Shown here: positions 11,899-25,067 of the stretch, piece by piece
Position numbering within the stretch: the stretch's first letter is position 1
Layout of the letters: the number at the start of each line of letters is the position of its first letter
Assembly: GCF_032191835.1 (NCBI RefSeq)
Contig: NC_083234.1
Coordinates: 59,892,001 to 59,956,000 of the forward strand
Direction of reading: 5' to 3'
From: Heteronotia binoei
Taxonomy: Eukaryota
DNA length: 64,000 nt
Translations under genes and position numbers: made by a program
The notes under the pieces: model-generated
Databases searched by the model: none
Told to the model about the DNA's origin: nothing
Seen by the model: only the letters and a program-made list of their open reading frames with translations

Positions 11899-14800
11899 CA
11901 TGCTTCAGTGTGTGGTGTAACTTCAAGTGCCAAACTGCAGGATAAGGAATTATTCCCACAGGAGAACAGAAGAAGGAGACTCCAGAATGAGCCAGCTGTC
12001 TGTAACAGCAACTTCAGCACTTTTCTATTTAACTTGAAAGTAATTATGACAGAGCTTCTAAAAGCAGAAAGTGAATGTTGTCCTTAGAACAGGATCCTAA
12101 CCCAATGCACTGGTGAGAGAAATGAATTTAGACTGATCCAAGATACATCCTGCCCCCAACGCAGGATCCTCGAGTCCTTGACTTTAGCTTTGTGGTCACA
12201 GACTGCCGTGGATTTCTGTTCTGCCACAAACTGTGCATCACATCTTCTGCAGATTCTTTTTTTTTTTACTGCTCTTTTTATTGTTGAGCTGCTTTATGTG
12301 ACTGAAGAACATTTAGCCCATGTTGGGTTTTTCAATTATTTCTAATGCACAAAACAATTGACAGTGTTAACATGCTGCAAAGTGTCGATTAGAATAGGAC
12401 ATTGTGGAACAACGTTTTTCTAACCTTAAGTGCACTGAGTTGCTTGACAATGTGGCTGCCTCAGATTTTGTATCAAACCTAGGGATAAAACTGATGTTCA
12501 TCCCTGAGCTATTTGGGAAATGTGTATTTTGGCACAAGATAAACCACCTGTAATTTAGTGTTTCTTTCTTGGAATTGGTTCTGCTGCTTTGTTTTAATGT
12601 ACAGGAGGTGCCCGGTGATGTGAAGAGTATTTTGCTGCTGAAATCCACTTGGTATTTAAGGCTCTTTCTGGGCTCCTTCACCCCAAAATAAATGTTTGCC
12701 TTAAATTATTTGAGATTTCCCCCCTCCCTTTTTAACTATGGGTGCTATTCATCTAAAATGTTTAGCGGTGCAAAAGTCCCTTGCACCCACAGAGCTGTGT
12801 CAAGATATTCCTGGTTCAGATATTCCTGGTTGTCAGTGCAGATGAGCAGGGAAAGCATTCTTGCCTCGTTGGAAGGGTTCTTACCATCCCAAGACTTTCC
12901 TTTTGATATTTCACACCCTCCTGTAAGCCAACAACATGTTAATGTTTTTGCTTCATTAACCAAGGAAAGCATAGCTGGATTAAGCTCCACATTTCCTTAG
13001 TTCCTGGTTACCTGATCTCCTGAACAGAATCCCTTCAGCATATATTCAGACCTGCAAGAGCGAGGCTGCACGGCACAGCCTTCAGTCACTATGGGAAGCC
13101 AGCAGATATTTTGGATGAACGGAGCCCCAGATTTGAAGAACTGCCCTGTCAAGGGACATTATCTACTGATATGGTTGAATCTTTATATTTTTTTGAACCT
13201 TAAAAATACATATATAATGTGGGTTTTTTTCTTTAATGTTGAGTATGTCGTTGATTGTAATCTGCTTTAATTGTCACGCTGTATGTTTTGTGTCATAGTC
13301 CTGAGAACGAAACCCAGTATGAAACCAGCTCACAAATCTTGTCATCTCCTTACAATGGGAGTCAGGCAGCTTCTCATGCAGATACGTCCTTCAGCCTCCT
13401 TTTTAACTGGTCAGGTTGACTGGGTACTGTACAATTGCTCTGTCAACCCAAAAGCTAACTTGGTATGAGTGAGGCCATACAAAGGAGTTTCTGTAGGTCT
13501 AAGAACAAACACCCACAGTGGCAGATGAATAGTGGGATTTTGTTCAATCATCACCTTGGGCATTTTCTGATCAAGTGTTCTCTTGCACAAGGAGATGCTG
13601 GCAGTTTATACATTTTGATTTTTCTCCGGGATGAAACATTTGTCTGGATTTGCATCTAAAGCAAAAAATGTAAGAATGTGATTTTGCAGGGTCTGTGTAT
13701 GTGTGTGCTGATGATACTCCATTCTTCTTCAGAACACAGAAGGAGAAACATCTTGGCAGCTACAGGCTGTAATGGAAAGGTCCAGCCTCCAGACCTACTA
13801 GTGGATGTAAACAATTCAACATGATTGTTTGGGGGGATTTTTAATTAGGAAAGGACCCCATCCTAGCAGCATTCCCTGTTTTGAATTCTCGTTTCATGAA
13901 TTAAAGTGAGAGTCTCATTATAGCACTAAGGAGAAAAGAATGGCTCATTTTACACTTGTATTATATTAACGCAGTCCTCTTTGTTCTCTGAACTCTTATC
14001 TTCTACAACTTTTAAGGATGCCAAAAAAAAAAAAAATGCAAGGAGTGCCTGACTTGAATCTGAGAAATTATAATGCTGAAATGGTTAAAACAAGAACTGG
14101 GCCTTCCTCTGCTGCCAAAATGCTAAAAGCAACACAAAGGGAATTAGGTCATGCATAATTAATTTCCATCACATCAATCGAACAATATTACGGTAGAGTT
14201 CAGGTTGCCATTCTGGAGAAGAGAACAATCGGTACAGTAAGTTTGACCTCGCTTAGAGGTCAAAATATATATATCAACTAGAGTGTTGATGTTTTAGTTT
14301 TTCTCCCAAAGTAGATTTAAACTAAATACATTCAGACCATCCAGAGCAGGATCTTCCAATGTGATGATGATTAGTCCAGCTGCTCATGATTAAATTCACA
14401 ATAGTTGCATATTTAAATCTTGCAGCAAAAGCCCTGTGCTTACTCTCACTTTCCAGGTCAGTGGAAGGTACACATCAAAACAACAGTGGCAATTATGGGG
14501 CAGGCAGTCAAAGGGATGTTTGATCATTTTTCAATACCTGAGTGGTAGCAGATGCAGCTCTCAACCATTTGTAGCAATGGGGAATATGAAGGTTACAGTC
14601 TAAGCATAGGAAGTAAGTCCCACTGAACTCAGTGGGATTTACTTCTGAGTAAGGATATCAGTATTTAACTGTCAGAGCGAACATTCCAAGAACAGCAAAT
14701 CCCTAGTTTGCCTTTGGTTTAATTTTGTACTTCCTGAAGGAACAAGGCTATGTATTTTGGCCTTTGAAAAATAATCTCATCTGATAAGAGGGAAAAAAAG

Positions 14801-16560
14801 GTCTCCCCAATCCTCACCGGCCTCCATCATTATACATCTGTCTCCTCAGCCACAAAGAATTTAGACCCCAAACCAGCAGGGGCCTTGATCTGACAAGACA
14901 TGAATGAAAAGGACACTTGTGGTGGTGGCGCCCATGAGGCAGAAATCTCTCCTTATGTAGTGAATGAAACGTGCATGTGTCTGTAGGGGGAAGAAAATAA
15001 CCTGGAATTTAGCTACTCGAAAGTCCCTCTGCAAATTTGCATTTGGAATGTCTAGTTTTTCAAGAAAAGAAAACAACTGATGATACCAATGACTGATCTT
15101 GATTTTAATTTGATGTATAAAAAGTATGGAGTCTGGACATGAACTTGGAAAATTGTATACTAATGACTTGTGTGATAATGGAGTAACATGGTGCAGTATT
15201 CAGCAATAGAGGCAGCTTTGCTGTACAGTGTTTCAAGAAGATGAAATAAATGAGCATATGGATATTGTTGTTAGCATAATCCACATTTAAATGGTTTCCT
15301 ATAAAAGCATGAACTCCACTTAGCTACTGGATTTTTTGTGTGTGTGCACCTTTTACTAGGAATTAAATAATAACGTAAAGCATATTGGTACTGTTTAAAA
15401 TATCACCTCTATCATAGGGTATTATAAACTGTGATGCAGAGGCCTCGTGCATCTCTGGTGCACATACAGAGCTTTTGAGCTTACTGGCTCCCCCCCCCCC
15501 CCGCCACTCATTCCAGCAACGGCAACAGATCCATGTGTGCAAAGGCAGAGTTGTCTGTATCAGCCTTCTTTATGGAAGGGCTTTTACAGATAAGTTCTCT
15601 CTGTGTGTACATTTGGCATCGGACTCCTAGGGTGTAACTACACAATACATTTGACTAGTGCCACTTCATGAGTGTGTGACCAGACTCACAGTCAGACATA
15701 CATCAGGGGAACCCACCTTAAAAAGTACTTGTTTGCTCAGCACTGCAAGGAGATAGATGGAGCTTTGGGCTCCCTCTCATTCCACTTTCCGTAGTAGAAG
15801 GAGAGAGGACCTTTTCACCACTTTCCTCTGGCTCCGTATGTCCTTTCTAGGACATACAGGAAGCTGCTTCTGCCCCCTAGCAGCGCCAAGCCAATGAGCA
15901 CTTATAAGATGAGTTTCCCTCAAGTCCCGTCGCACACCCTTGACCCAGTATGTGTGGGCATATTGTGTAGCTTGACCCTCAGACTACTACTCCAGGGATA
16001 ATCTATTTACCCAGCTAACCTCTTTGTTCAGCAACTTTATGAAAATTGTTCCTGTCAGTTGTTTTCAGGATGACTGTTTTAATGACATGTGAAGCTATCA
16101 GCTATATTGCAGCAATATTATTTATTGTTAATTTATTAGAGTGTAATTTTAAAGTAAACTTAGTGCCAAAATGCATGTTTTTCCCTATTAGCACTCAGTT
16201 GAGGCATACACAGTAGCACTCAATTTTTGACCCATTTGTCACATTGTGATGTAAACCAGTTTTCTATATTTCAATTTGTTTCTTGTGAAAATTGTTGCAC
16301 TATTTTTTTTGGCCGTATTCCAGCAGCCCACTGCATGCCATTTATGTAAGGCCTCTTTCTAAAACAAACAGAAAAATAATACTTCTTGTGAATTGTCTCA
16401 CTCATGATAACCACTGAAATTCTAACCCTTGCGTGGGAGTCGTTTAGGTTTTTGGCAAAGTATTTTGTTACCTCAGTCTTCTATCAGGTTGCTGTATTTT
16501 TCAGCTTGTTACATTGATAATGATTGTTTCACTAATTAAAAAAACTTTAATGTAAAAATA
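11899..16560 (+). other. RALGPS1: Probable long 3' UTR of RALGPS1
   Basis: Follows the stop codon; AT-rich with no repeat family I can recognise. Candidate poly(A) signals: AATAAA near 15245 and ATTAAA near 16535 followed by a U-rich tract. The end point is inferred. Confidence 0.5.
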
Positions 16561-17169
16561 AGCATAATTTTATTTCTTTAGTACCTGCGGGAGAGAAGGT
16601 GCATGTGTAAGACCCAAAACTGGAAGCATTATTCCCCCTAAAGTTCTGCTGTGCTCAACACACACTGCTGTGGAACTTTAGTGCAAAACTAATATTCCAG
16701 TTTTTCCAGGAAATTTTCAATTGGGTGAGGCTTTATGTGACACTGTACAGGAAGCATCTGCGAAAGCACCTGCAGAAATGAAGATGTTTAGGCCAAATTC
16801 TGAGATTATATAAAAAAAACAGTTCTATAAAGATTTTGTTTGGCTAAAATAAAAGAGGAAAACAGGTATCCCATAATAAACAAATAGGAACACCGGAGAG
16901 AGAGTGGTGTGTGTGTGTGTCTGGGAATTAAAGTTTTTCTTATACTTATCTGTCAGTCCCACATATCTACTGCCACTGTGTATATAACTACTCCCTAGGT
17001 ATTATTCTCACTAAATGAGTAGGGAAGGGTAATATCAAATGTGTTTACATGTCTCTGGTGAAGCTGTCAAAGGTTTGCACACAAATTGTGGTAATCACAG
17101 CCTAAGGCTTCCTGGCTAAAATTGGTATCAACTCCAGTCTCTTCCCAACACATAGATCACATGTATAAA

Positions 17170-18570
17170 ACACAGGAAAGAAGCGCTTCCTGTTTTTCAA
17201 AAATGGGGCTACCCAGCTGACGATGTCTTCATGACCAGGCACAATAAGAAGGGCCCAGACTTCTGCTTCAGAGCAGGGATGGACCCATCACCAGGGGTGG
17301 GCTCCTTTACCCCTGGACCCATTGACATCTGTACCTGTTCCCGCCTCTGCCTCTCATCACCAGGGTCATCATGCAGGAGTCGTTGCTGGACACCCTGGTC
17401 TCCCACTGGTGACCAAGACAGCAGTGGTTCCCCACGCTCTTACGGCTGGCTCAGGGTCAATTCCACCATCTTCCCCTGGCGTCAGATTTGTTGTTAGCAC
17501 CCCAGGGTCAAGTACTATACCACAATGTCCCACGCTTGAAGGCTTATGGCATGTCAGCTTCACTAACGCTCAGTGAACGGATAGAACACGTTTTGTTGAG
17601 CAACCGTAAGCCTTAAACAAAGACTTCTTATGCTTATAAATGGAAGAAATTCCTCACTTACCTGAACTCTGGGCTCAGCCATTCTTCGGTTCATGTGTAC
17701 TCTCATTGATGGGTTCTCTGTGTTCTCACACCTGTCAACTAAGCAGTTTCTAAAGGGCCTTCTTAGACTGTTTCCACCATCATGACATCTCACTCCGGCA
17801 TGGGATCTACCTCTCATGATCCACAGACTGATGGCTAAGTCATTTGAGCCTTAAGCTACCTGTGATTCCAAATTGCTCTCCCTTAAGACTACCTTCTTGC
17901 TGGCTATCACCTCCTCTAGAAGGGTAAGGGAGTTCCAGGTCTTGCGCTGTAACCAACCATATCTGACTTTCCTTCTGGACATGGTCTCTTTGGCCCTAGA
18001 TGTCTCCTTCCTTCCTAGGTTTCTCTCAAGAGTTTCACCTGCCTGTGGACATAGTTCTACCTTCATTTTTTCCTAGCCCTAAAGACGATGCTGAACACAG
18101 ACTACATGCTCTGGCTGTACAACGAGCATTATCCTTCTATCACCATAGGACCTGAGGCTATCATTAGAAACCTTCTCTGTTTGCATCTTATGCCACGTCA
18201 ACTCTGGGGCAGCAGTTTCTGCCAGAGACTAAGTGGATAGTGGAAACTATTGAGCTGCACTACTTGTGGGCCGAAAAGCCCCCCTGCAAGGACCAATCCA
18301 CACCCATTCCACTACAGCAATGGCATCATCTACAGCTTTCCTTAGGGGAGTTCCACTTCAGGACATCTGCAAAGCTGCTACATGAGCTACTCCTCACACT
18401 TTCATCGAGCACTACGCCCTGGATGTTCATTGCTCACAGAGGGCATTAGTGGGTCATGCTGTTCTGAAAGCTGCTTGTGCCCGAGTCCCTACAGCACCTT
18501 CCTCCAGGTAGGACTTTTTTGCTTGCTAATCTCCCATGGGTGTGAAGCACAGAGACCATGAAGAAGGAAG
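17170..18570 (+). mobile_element. DIRS retrotransposon fragment A (methyltransferase-like domain, tyrosine recombinase, start of terminal region)
   Basis: Degenerate frames WGYPxxDVF..NKK..FC, LFPPL, KTSYAYKWKKFL, LSLKTTFLLAITSSRRVRE, and gcacagagaccatgaagaag terminal motif. Confidence 0.85.
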
Positions 18571-18739
18571 GAGATCTCCTGAGAAAGAAATTAGGAAGAG
18601 GGTGCTCTTTCTGCACACTCCTCATTTCTTTCTCAGAAGATCTCCCTTCTGTCCCAGGAAGCTATTACTAAACTGTCCCTGAATGCTAAGGACCCTTCCT
18701 GGACCTCAGGACCCTAAATAAACATGTACATGTTTCCCA

Positions 18740-21230
18740 GTGGACTTTATTGGGGCCACACTGGATGCATTTTTGCCTTTTGGAAGGGCACACTGCATCA
18801 TTAGTCTAGTTAAGATGGTCTCTGCAAATAGATCCCAACCTGCCAGAGCCTTATCAAAACTCTTCGAATACATGGCATCTACCACAGCTGTTGTACCTTT
18901 TGGTAGGCTGTACATGAAGCCTCTCCAAAACTGGTTCCTGTGGATGTTTAATCCTACATTGAACCCCCCCCCCCCCCCCGCCAATGGAAAAGGCTGTCCA
19001 TCCCCAAAGTAATTGTTAGGAGTCTGACCTGGTGGTTGTTTACCTAACCTGGTGGTTTTGCACTCAACCACGTGACATTCACAGCTTAACAGATGCCTCT
19101 CTGATGGGGTGGGGAGCTCATTGCCATACCCATAGCGTACCGGAGGCTTGGTCTAGATCTGTATCTAAACCGCACATTAACTTATTGGATTTGTTAATTA
19201 CTAACAGTGATTAGACTTGCTCTCACTTATTTTTCAGAGCCTCTCTGCTGTCGTCATGTTCTGCTAGCAACAGAGAGCAACACAGCCAAGTTCTGTTTAA
19301 ACGAACAGGGAGGCATGGGCTCCATTTGTCTCTGCAGAGAAGTGTGTCTAGTTTGGCGATGGGCAAAACCACGGGTTGCAAATAACCCCCATTCACATTG
19401 CAAGCCAGGACAATAAACTAGCAGACACACTAAGCAGGGACATAGACATGAACCAGAAATGGTCTGTAGCTGATGGCTACCTTCAGGCAGTATTCAAGGA
19501 ATAGGGAAGTAGAACTTTTTGCTTCCAGGGTCAACAAGAAACACCTTCTCTTCTGCTCCAGAGCACTGGCAGGCAGAGAATCACTGGGGATGCCTTCCAG
19601 TTGCAGTGGCTTGGCCACCTGTTCTGTGGGTTCCCTCCCTTAGGGATTTTACACAGGGTAATAGCCAAAACAAAGGCAGACAGAACCACCTGCATTCTTC
19701 TCACCCCATTTGGGGGCACAAAGAATGTGGTTCCCAACGATCTGGAGACACTCCAGGGAAGTGCACAGGGTCCTGCCACCAGCACATAGCTTTTTACAGA
19801 TAGGTCCCATTCTTCATCCACCTGACAGCGTGGTTCATTCTTCCCTGACTAGTTTTTCTCAGCAAGAGATGTCATTAGCACCTATAGGCCACCTTCCACA
19901 TGAAAGTCCTTTGCTTCTAAGTGGGAAAAAAATTAGCTGGGTTGTCTATCAGGGAGTTGACCTTGCCACTTGTTCTTTACCTAAAATTTTTGATTATTTA
20001 TTATTGTTAAAAATAGAAGTTTAGCCTCCTCATCTAATAAGGTTCATTTAGTGGCCATTTCAGCTTTTCACACTGGTGTTGATACTTTCTCAGTGTTCTT
20101 TGCTCCAGAGTCCCATCAATTCTGCCTGCCCTGTTCCACAGTAAAATGCATCCTTACTCTTATCTAAGTTTATGTATAAATCTTTAGAACCCATAACAAA
20201 GTCTGACTTGTCATTCCTTTTTTACAAGACTGCCTTTCGCACGCAAGGTGGGAAAGCTGAGCGCGACCCACCTTTTACCAAATTCCATGCAGACAAGGTA
20301 GCGTTAAGACCGGTATGGATTTTTTGCTCAAAGTAGTCCCTAGGTTTCATATCAATCAGGATACAGTCCTTCCAGCCTTTTTCCCATCCCCACCTCCACC
20401 GCTGAACAAACACTACAAACATTGGAGCACTCCTTTTTAAATTTAAAACAAACAGAGGAGTTTAAGAAGGAAAGGAAGCTCTTTGTTTTAAAGGTCAAAA
20501 TAAGGGGAAAGCAGCAGAATCCCAATCAGTGTCTAAGTACTGGCGACGATAAAAACTATGTGGCCCAGAGACCAACGTGAGCCGGGATAGAGTGATGAAT
20601 TAAGTCCAATAAATAATAATAAATAAAAATGGCACACAGTGAAGCAGGTTTTCCTTGCTCCATTGAACTGAAGGCCCATTCCACCGGAACTCAGGCCTTG
20701 TCAGTAGCTTTCCTGTCCCTTGATGACAAAGCAGCTATTTGGTCAACACCATCCACATTTGTTTGTCAATATTCTTATGGGTGTGGATGGTTGGAATGAG
20801 GCAGCTGTTGGGAAAGCAATCCTACAATCTGTCTTTCACTGATCAACCCACACTCTCCTCCTAGGGTGGGTGAGCTTGCTATTCTCCCATGTGGGGCTGC
20901 ACAATAGCCACAGCGATGAAAATGGGGTTACACTTACCTGTAACTGTTGTTCATTGAGTGGTCTTTGGTGCAGGCACACACCTCTCCTTCCTTTCCTCAC
21001 TATGGGCTGATCTGCTATGGTCTCTAGATCCTTATGGCAGTGAAGGGAGAACTGATCCTCAAGCATGTGATCTTTTGGGTGGGAAAAAGGATACACTGAG
21101 GGTGGAGGGGAAGAGGAAAGGCATAGTATCTCTGTCCACAGTTAGCCTGGGACTGCATAGTCACATGTGTGCCTGCACGGAAGACCACCTGATGAACAAT
21201 AGTTACAGATAAGTGCAACCCTGTTTTCTG
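18740..21230 (+). mobile_element. DIRS retrotransposon fragment B (RT tail, RNase H, MT, YR, right terminus)
   Basis: MASTTAVVPFGRLYMKPLQNW; LTDASLMGWGAH..HINLL (RNase H); FPPLGILHRV (MT); TKFHADKVALRP..FHINQD and AHSTG (YR); terminal inverted repeat 20920-20980/21166-21226. Confidence 0.88.
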
Positions 21231-21374
21231 TGCCGTCTTGCTTCTTCATTAAGAGCTGTATAGCCTCTTAATGAGATTGTTCAAAAGTTTGGAGTGGGGT
21301 ATCATCAATATGCAGATACCCAGGGCTATCAAGCGTCACCATGGTGGGACCCCAGAAGAAGATGCCATCAGTCC

Positions 21375-21780
21375 TATCACCATCAAATCAAATCAAATCA
21401 AATTTTATTCTTATATCCCGCCCTCCCCCACCAGAAGGCGGGCTCAGGGCGGCTCACAGACATGACACATCATGATTTAATTAAGACAGATAAACAACAT
21501 TTTAAATATAGTACAGTTACATAAATAGATTAAAATAGATAAAAATAGGTGCTATAAATTCTGTCATCCCAATTACATACTATCAAACATCAGTTTCAGT
21601 TACCCATAAGATGGCTAAAGTTACGATGATTTAATCAGTTTAGTCTGGTCCTAATTCAAATGCGAGCTGGAAAAGAGAGGTTTTGCAAGCCCTGCGGAAC
21701 TGGTTCAGGTCCCGCAGGGCTCACACCCCCTCTGGAAGTTGGTTCCACCAGCGAGGGGCCACTAATGAAAAGGCCAAACT
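21375..21780 (-). mobile_element. L2 LINE 3' end with pentamer tail
   Basis: (aaatc)n tail and gggcggctcacagac; reverse complement of the family at 46690-47035. Confidence 0.75.
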
Positions 21781-21942
21781 AATCATCAAAAGAAAGCAAA
21801 TCACACGACTGGCTGTTACCATAAATAGATTGATAATTGTTTATCAGGTAAAAAACATTAAAGGAGAACAACAGGATTTAAAATTTAATTGTGCCTGCTG
21901 TAGCTTCATCATTATCGAGGTCAGTGTCGTTAATTTGCCGTG

Positions 21943-22080
21943 AACTGGATGTTCCAGGATAACCCAGTGTCATCAGATCTTATAAGCTAAGGAAAGTCAG
22001 CCTTGGTTAGTACCTGGATGGAAGACCACCAAGGAAGTTCAAGTTATTATGCAGAAGCGGGCAATGGCAAACCATGTCTC
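21943..22080 (+). mobile_element. 5S rRNA-derived SINE, truncated by an adjacent tRNA SINE
   Basis: gatcttataagctaaggaaagtcagccttggttagtacctggatggaagaccacc matches the 5S internal promoter region. Confidence 0.7.
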
Positions 22081-22084
22081 TTTG

Positions 22085-22410
22085 GAGAGCCAGTTTGGTG
22101 TAGTGGTTAAGTGTAGTGGTGTAGTGTTAAGTGTAGTGGTGTAGTGGTTAAGTGTGCGGACTCTTATCTGGGAGAACCGGGTTTGATTCCCCACTCCTCC
22201 ACTTGCACCTGCTGGAATGGCCTTGGGTCAGCCATAGCTCTGGCAGAGGTTGTCCTTGAAAGGGCAGCTGCTGTGAGAGCCCTCTCCAGCCCCACCCACC
22301 TCACAGGGTGTCTGTTGTGGGGGAGGAAGGTAAAGGAGATTGTGAGCCGCTCTGAGACTCTTCGGAGTGGAGAGCGGGATATAAATCCAATATCATCTTC
22401 TTCTTCATCT
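22085..22410 (+). mobile_element. Young tRNA-derived SINE with tandemly expanded head
   Basis: Body nearly identical to 42103-42405; head has repeated gtagtggttaagt units. Confidence 0.9.
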
Positions 22411-22519
22411 TCTTTGTCTCTTGTCGTCGAAACCCTATAGGGTTGCCATAAGTTGACTGCAACTTGATGGTACTTTCCACCTTCACCACCTTCAATTTCA
22501 AGGTCAAACATGATTCTCA

Positions 22520-23850
22520 CAAGCTAGATGTAGTGATGGCCACAGGAATAAAGGGGATTAGATAGATAGATTCATGGAGGATGTCTATCAGAGGCTTAGT
22601 GGCTATAAAGCCAAGAGGCTTTGCTTTATAGCCTTGGAATTTCGAAAGGCTTTTGACGAAATACCTCACCAAAGACTCCTGAGTAAATTTATCAGTCATG
22701 GGATAAGAGAACAGGTTCTGTTATAGATTTAAAAATGACTGGAAGCAAAGAATAGAAATAAATGGATTTCTATTCTCACAATGGAGGGAAGTAAGCAGTG
22801 GGGTCCCGCAAGGATCATTATTGGGGCCAGTACTATTTAATTTATTTGTAAATTATCTGGAACTAGGGGTGAGTGGTGTGGTGGCCAAGTTTGCAGATGA
22901 CACAGGATTGTGAAAACCAAGTTCTGAGAGGATCTCCACAAACTTGGTAAATGGGCAGCAATGTGACAAATGAAATTCAATGTTGGGAAGTGTAAGGTGA
23001 TGCACATTGGGACAAAAAAATCCCAACTTCAAGTATAGTCTAATGGGATCTGATCTGCTGAGACTGAGAGGGGGAAAGATCTTGGGGTCATAGTTGATAG
23101 CTCAACCCAGTATGCTGCAACAGTGAAAATGTAAACTCTGTGTTAAGGGTGATCAGGAAAGGGATTGAAACTAAAATGGCTGATATTATAATGCCCCAGT
23201 ATAGATCTATGGTGCAGCCTCATTTGGAAGACTGTATACAATTCTGCTCACTGTATCTCAAAAAGGACACTGCAGAGCTGGAAAAAGTACATAGGAGGCC
23301 ACCAAGATGACTAGGAGGTTGCAGCACCTTTCCTATGAGGAAAGCTGAAGAGTCTGAGACTTTTCAGTTTAGCAAAGAGAGGACTAAGGGGGACATGACA
23401 GACATAAACTGATGCATGGGTGGAGAGAGTTGTCAAAGAGAAATTTCCCTCCTCTTCCAAAGTACTAGAACTCAGGGGCACCGAATGAAGCTGATGGGCA
23501 GTAGATTCAAGATGGACAAAAGGAAATACTTCTTTACACAGAGAGTGATTAGTATGTGGAATTCACTGCCAGAGGATGTAGTGGTGGCCATAGGAATAAA
23601 GGGAATTGGGTAGATTCATGGAAGATAAGTCTATCAGAGGCTATGAGCTGTGGTGACTGAGGGGAATCACCACATTCAGAGGCACTAAACCTCTGAATCC
23701 CAGAACCAGGAGGCAACGTTAGGGGAAGGTCTCAGCCTCTATGCTTTGTTGTTGGCCCTCCAGAGGAACTGGTTGGCCACTGTGTGAAACAGGATGCTGG
23801 ATCAGATAGACCAATGGTCTGATCCAGCAGGGCCGTTATGTTCTTATGCT
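22520..23850 (+). mobile_element. CR1 LINE 3' portion (RT C-terminus and 3' UTR), preceded by a short second CR1 3' piece
   Basis: FDEIPHQRLL, KFADDT, KYFFTQRVISMWNSLP in broken frames; ends ttatgttcttatg. Confidence 0.88.
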
Positions 23851-23854
23851 TTCT

Positions 23855-24300
23855 GTGTTCACAGGAAAGCTTCTTTCAGGAAAGACCCTCATTTCTGTAT
23901 GTTACGTCTTGAGAAGGGCATAAGTAGCCTTCACAATGCATCAAGCACTGGGTCTCTGCTGCCATCACATTCTGCTATGAATTAGCATGCAAGCCTTTGC
24001 TAGGAATTGCTAGAGGCCACTCCACTGGAACTCTACAGCTTTTTACAAGGGAGTAACCTTTACAGAGAGTCTGCTTGGTCTCAGCCTTCCACAGTCACAA
24101 GGCACTATATTTTTAATGTTAGAGTCAGGAAAGCCTTTGGAAGAGCAGCACTCAACATTCTGTTCTTATGATCTCATCTGTTCCTACCTCCTGGGTGGTC
24201 AATTTGCTAATAGTATCCTATTAGTGCAATACATGGAGAACATGAAGAACAGGTTGCTTATCTCTAACTGGTTTATTTGAGCAGTTATTTCTGCAATTGC
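23855..24300 (+). mobile_element. DIRS fragment C (YR C-terminus and terminal motif)
   Basis: AAITFCYELACKPL..RGHSTG, TRHYIF.V...FGRA and catggagaacatgaagaacaggttgcttatc terminal motif. Confidence 0.7.
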
Positions 24301-25067
24301 ATGACCTGCCTGCCCCCCCCGCCAAATCCTTAATAGTATCAGTCTCCTTAGATAGGACCTTTCCAACGGAAAGCTCTAGAGATGTGCCCTATCGAACTAA
24401 AATGGAGGGTCTCCTTTTTCTTTTCCTCACCCTGAAACAGGCTGCAAGCTCTTTTAGCACCTCCATTGATCCTAAATGGCTGCAAGCTGCAAGCTGCTTT
24501 GCTCACACACCAAACAGGACTAAAGGGGGACTGGGTGTCTGGAATTGCGCCCCCCCCTCCTGGAATCCCTAGGCGGGGTACTGGAGGTGGGAACGACCCC
24601 TGCTGCGGAAGATATGGCCACCACCAGGTGTCCCGCCAGGACTTCCAGTTCCTCGGCCCCACCCTGTGGTTTACCTGCGAGTGAGGCTCAAGAAAGCAGC
24701 CCAAAGCGAAACACCTGTGCCCTGCAGGGATTGGCTGGGGGCAAGGGCAGAGATAGCGGGGATGGGGATTTAGCCACAGGTTACAGGGGCAGCTGGGGAG
24801 AATGCGCCCGGAGCTTATCACGAGGCAGCTACCCAGAGAGAGGGAGAGAAGAGAACAGTGGTAAGTCCCAGGAGCAGGCAGCAAAGGACGATGGGTGAAG
24901 CCAATCCCGCTTCCACCCTCCATTCTGAGGGCACACCAAACCCAGTGTCAGATCCCTGCCCTGGAGACGGCACCCCCGCCTCCAGCCAGCGCAGACCTCC
25001 ATACACCAGACACTGGTATTCCTCAGAAGGGAGCAGGGCCTGTGCCCATCTGTCACACAATACTCTG

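Noticed and set aside
21960-22040. 5S rRNA gene
   Set aside because: Partial, diverged and fused to a non-rRNA body; SINE-derived.
22095-22155. CRISPR-like short repeats
   Set aside because: Slippage duplication of a SINE head in a vertebrate genome; no spacers or cas genes.
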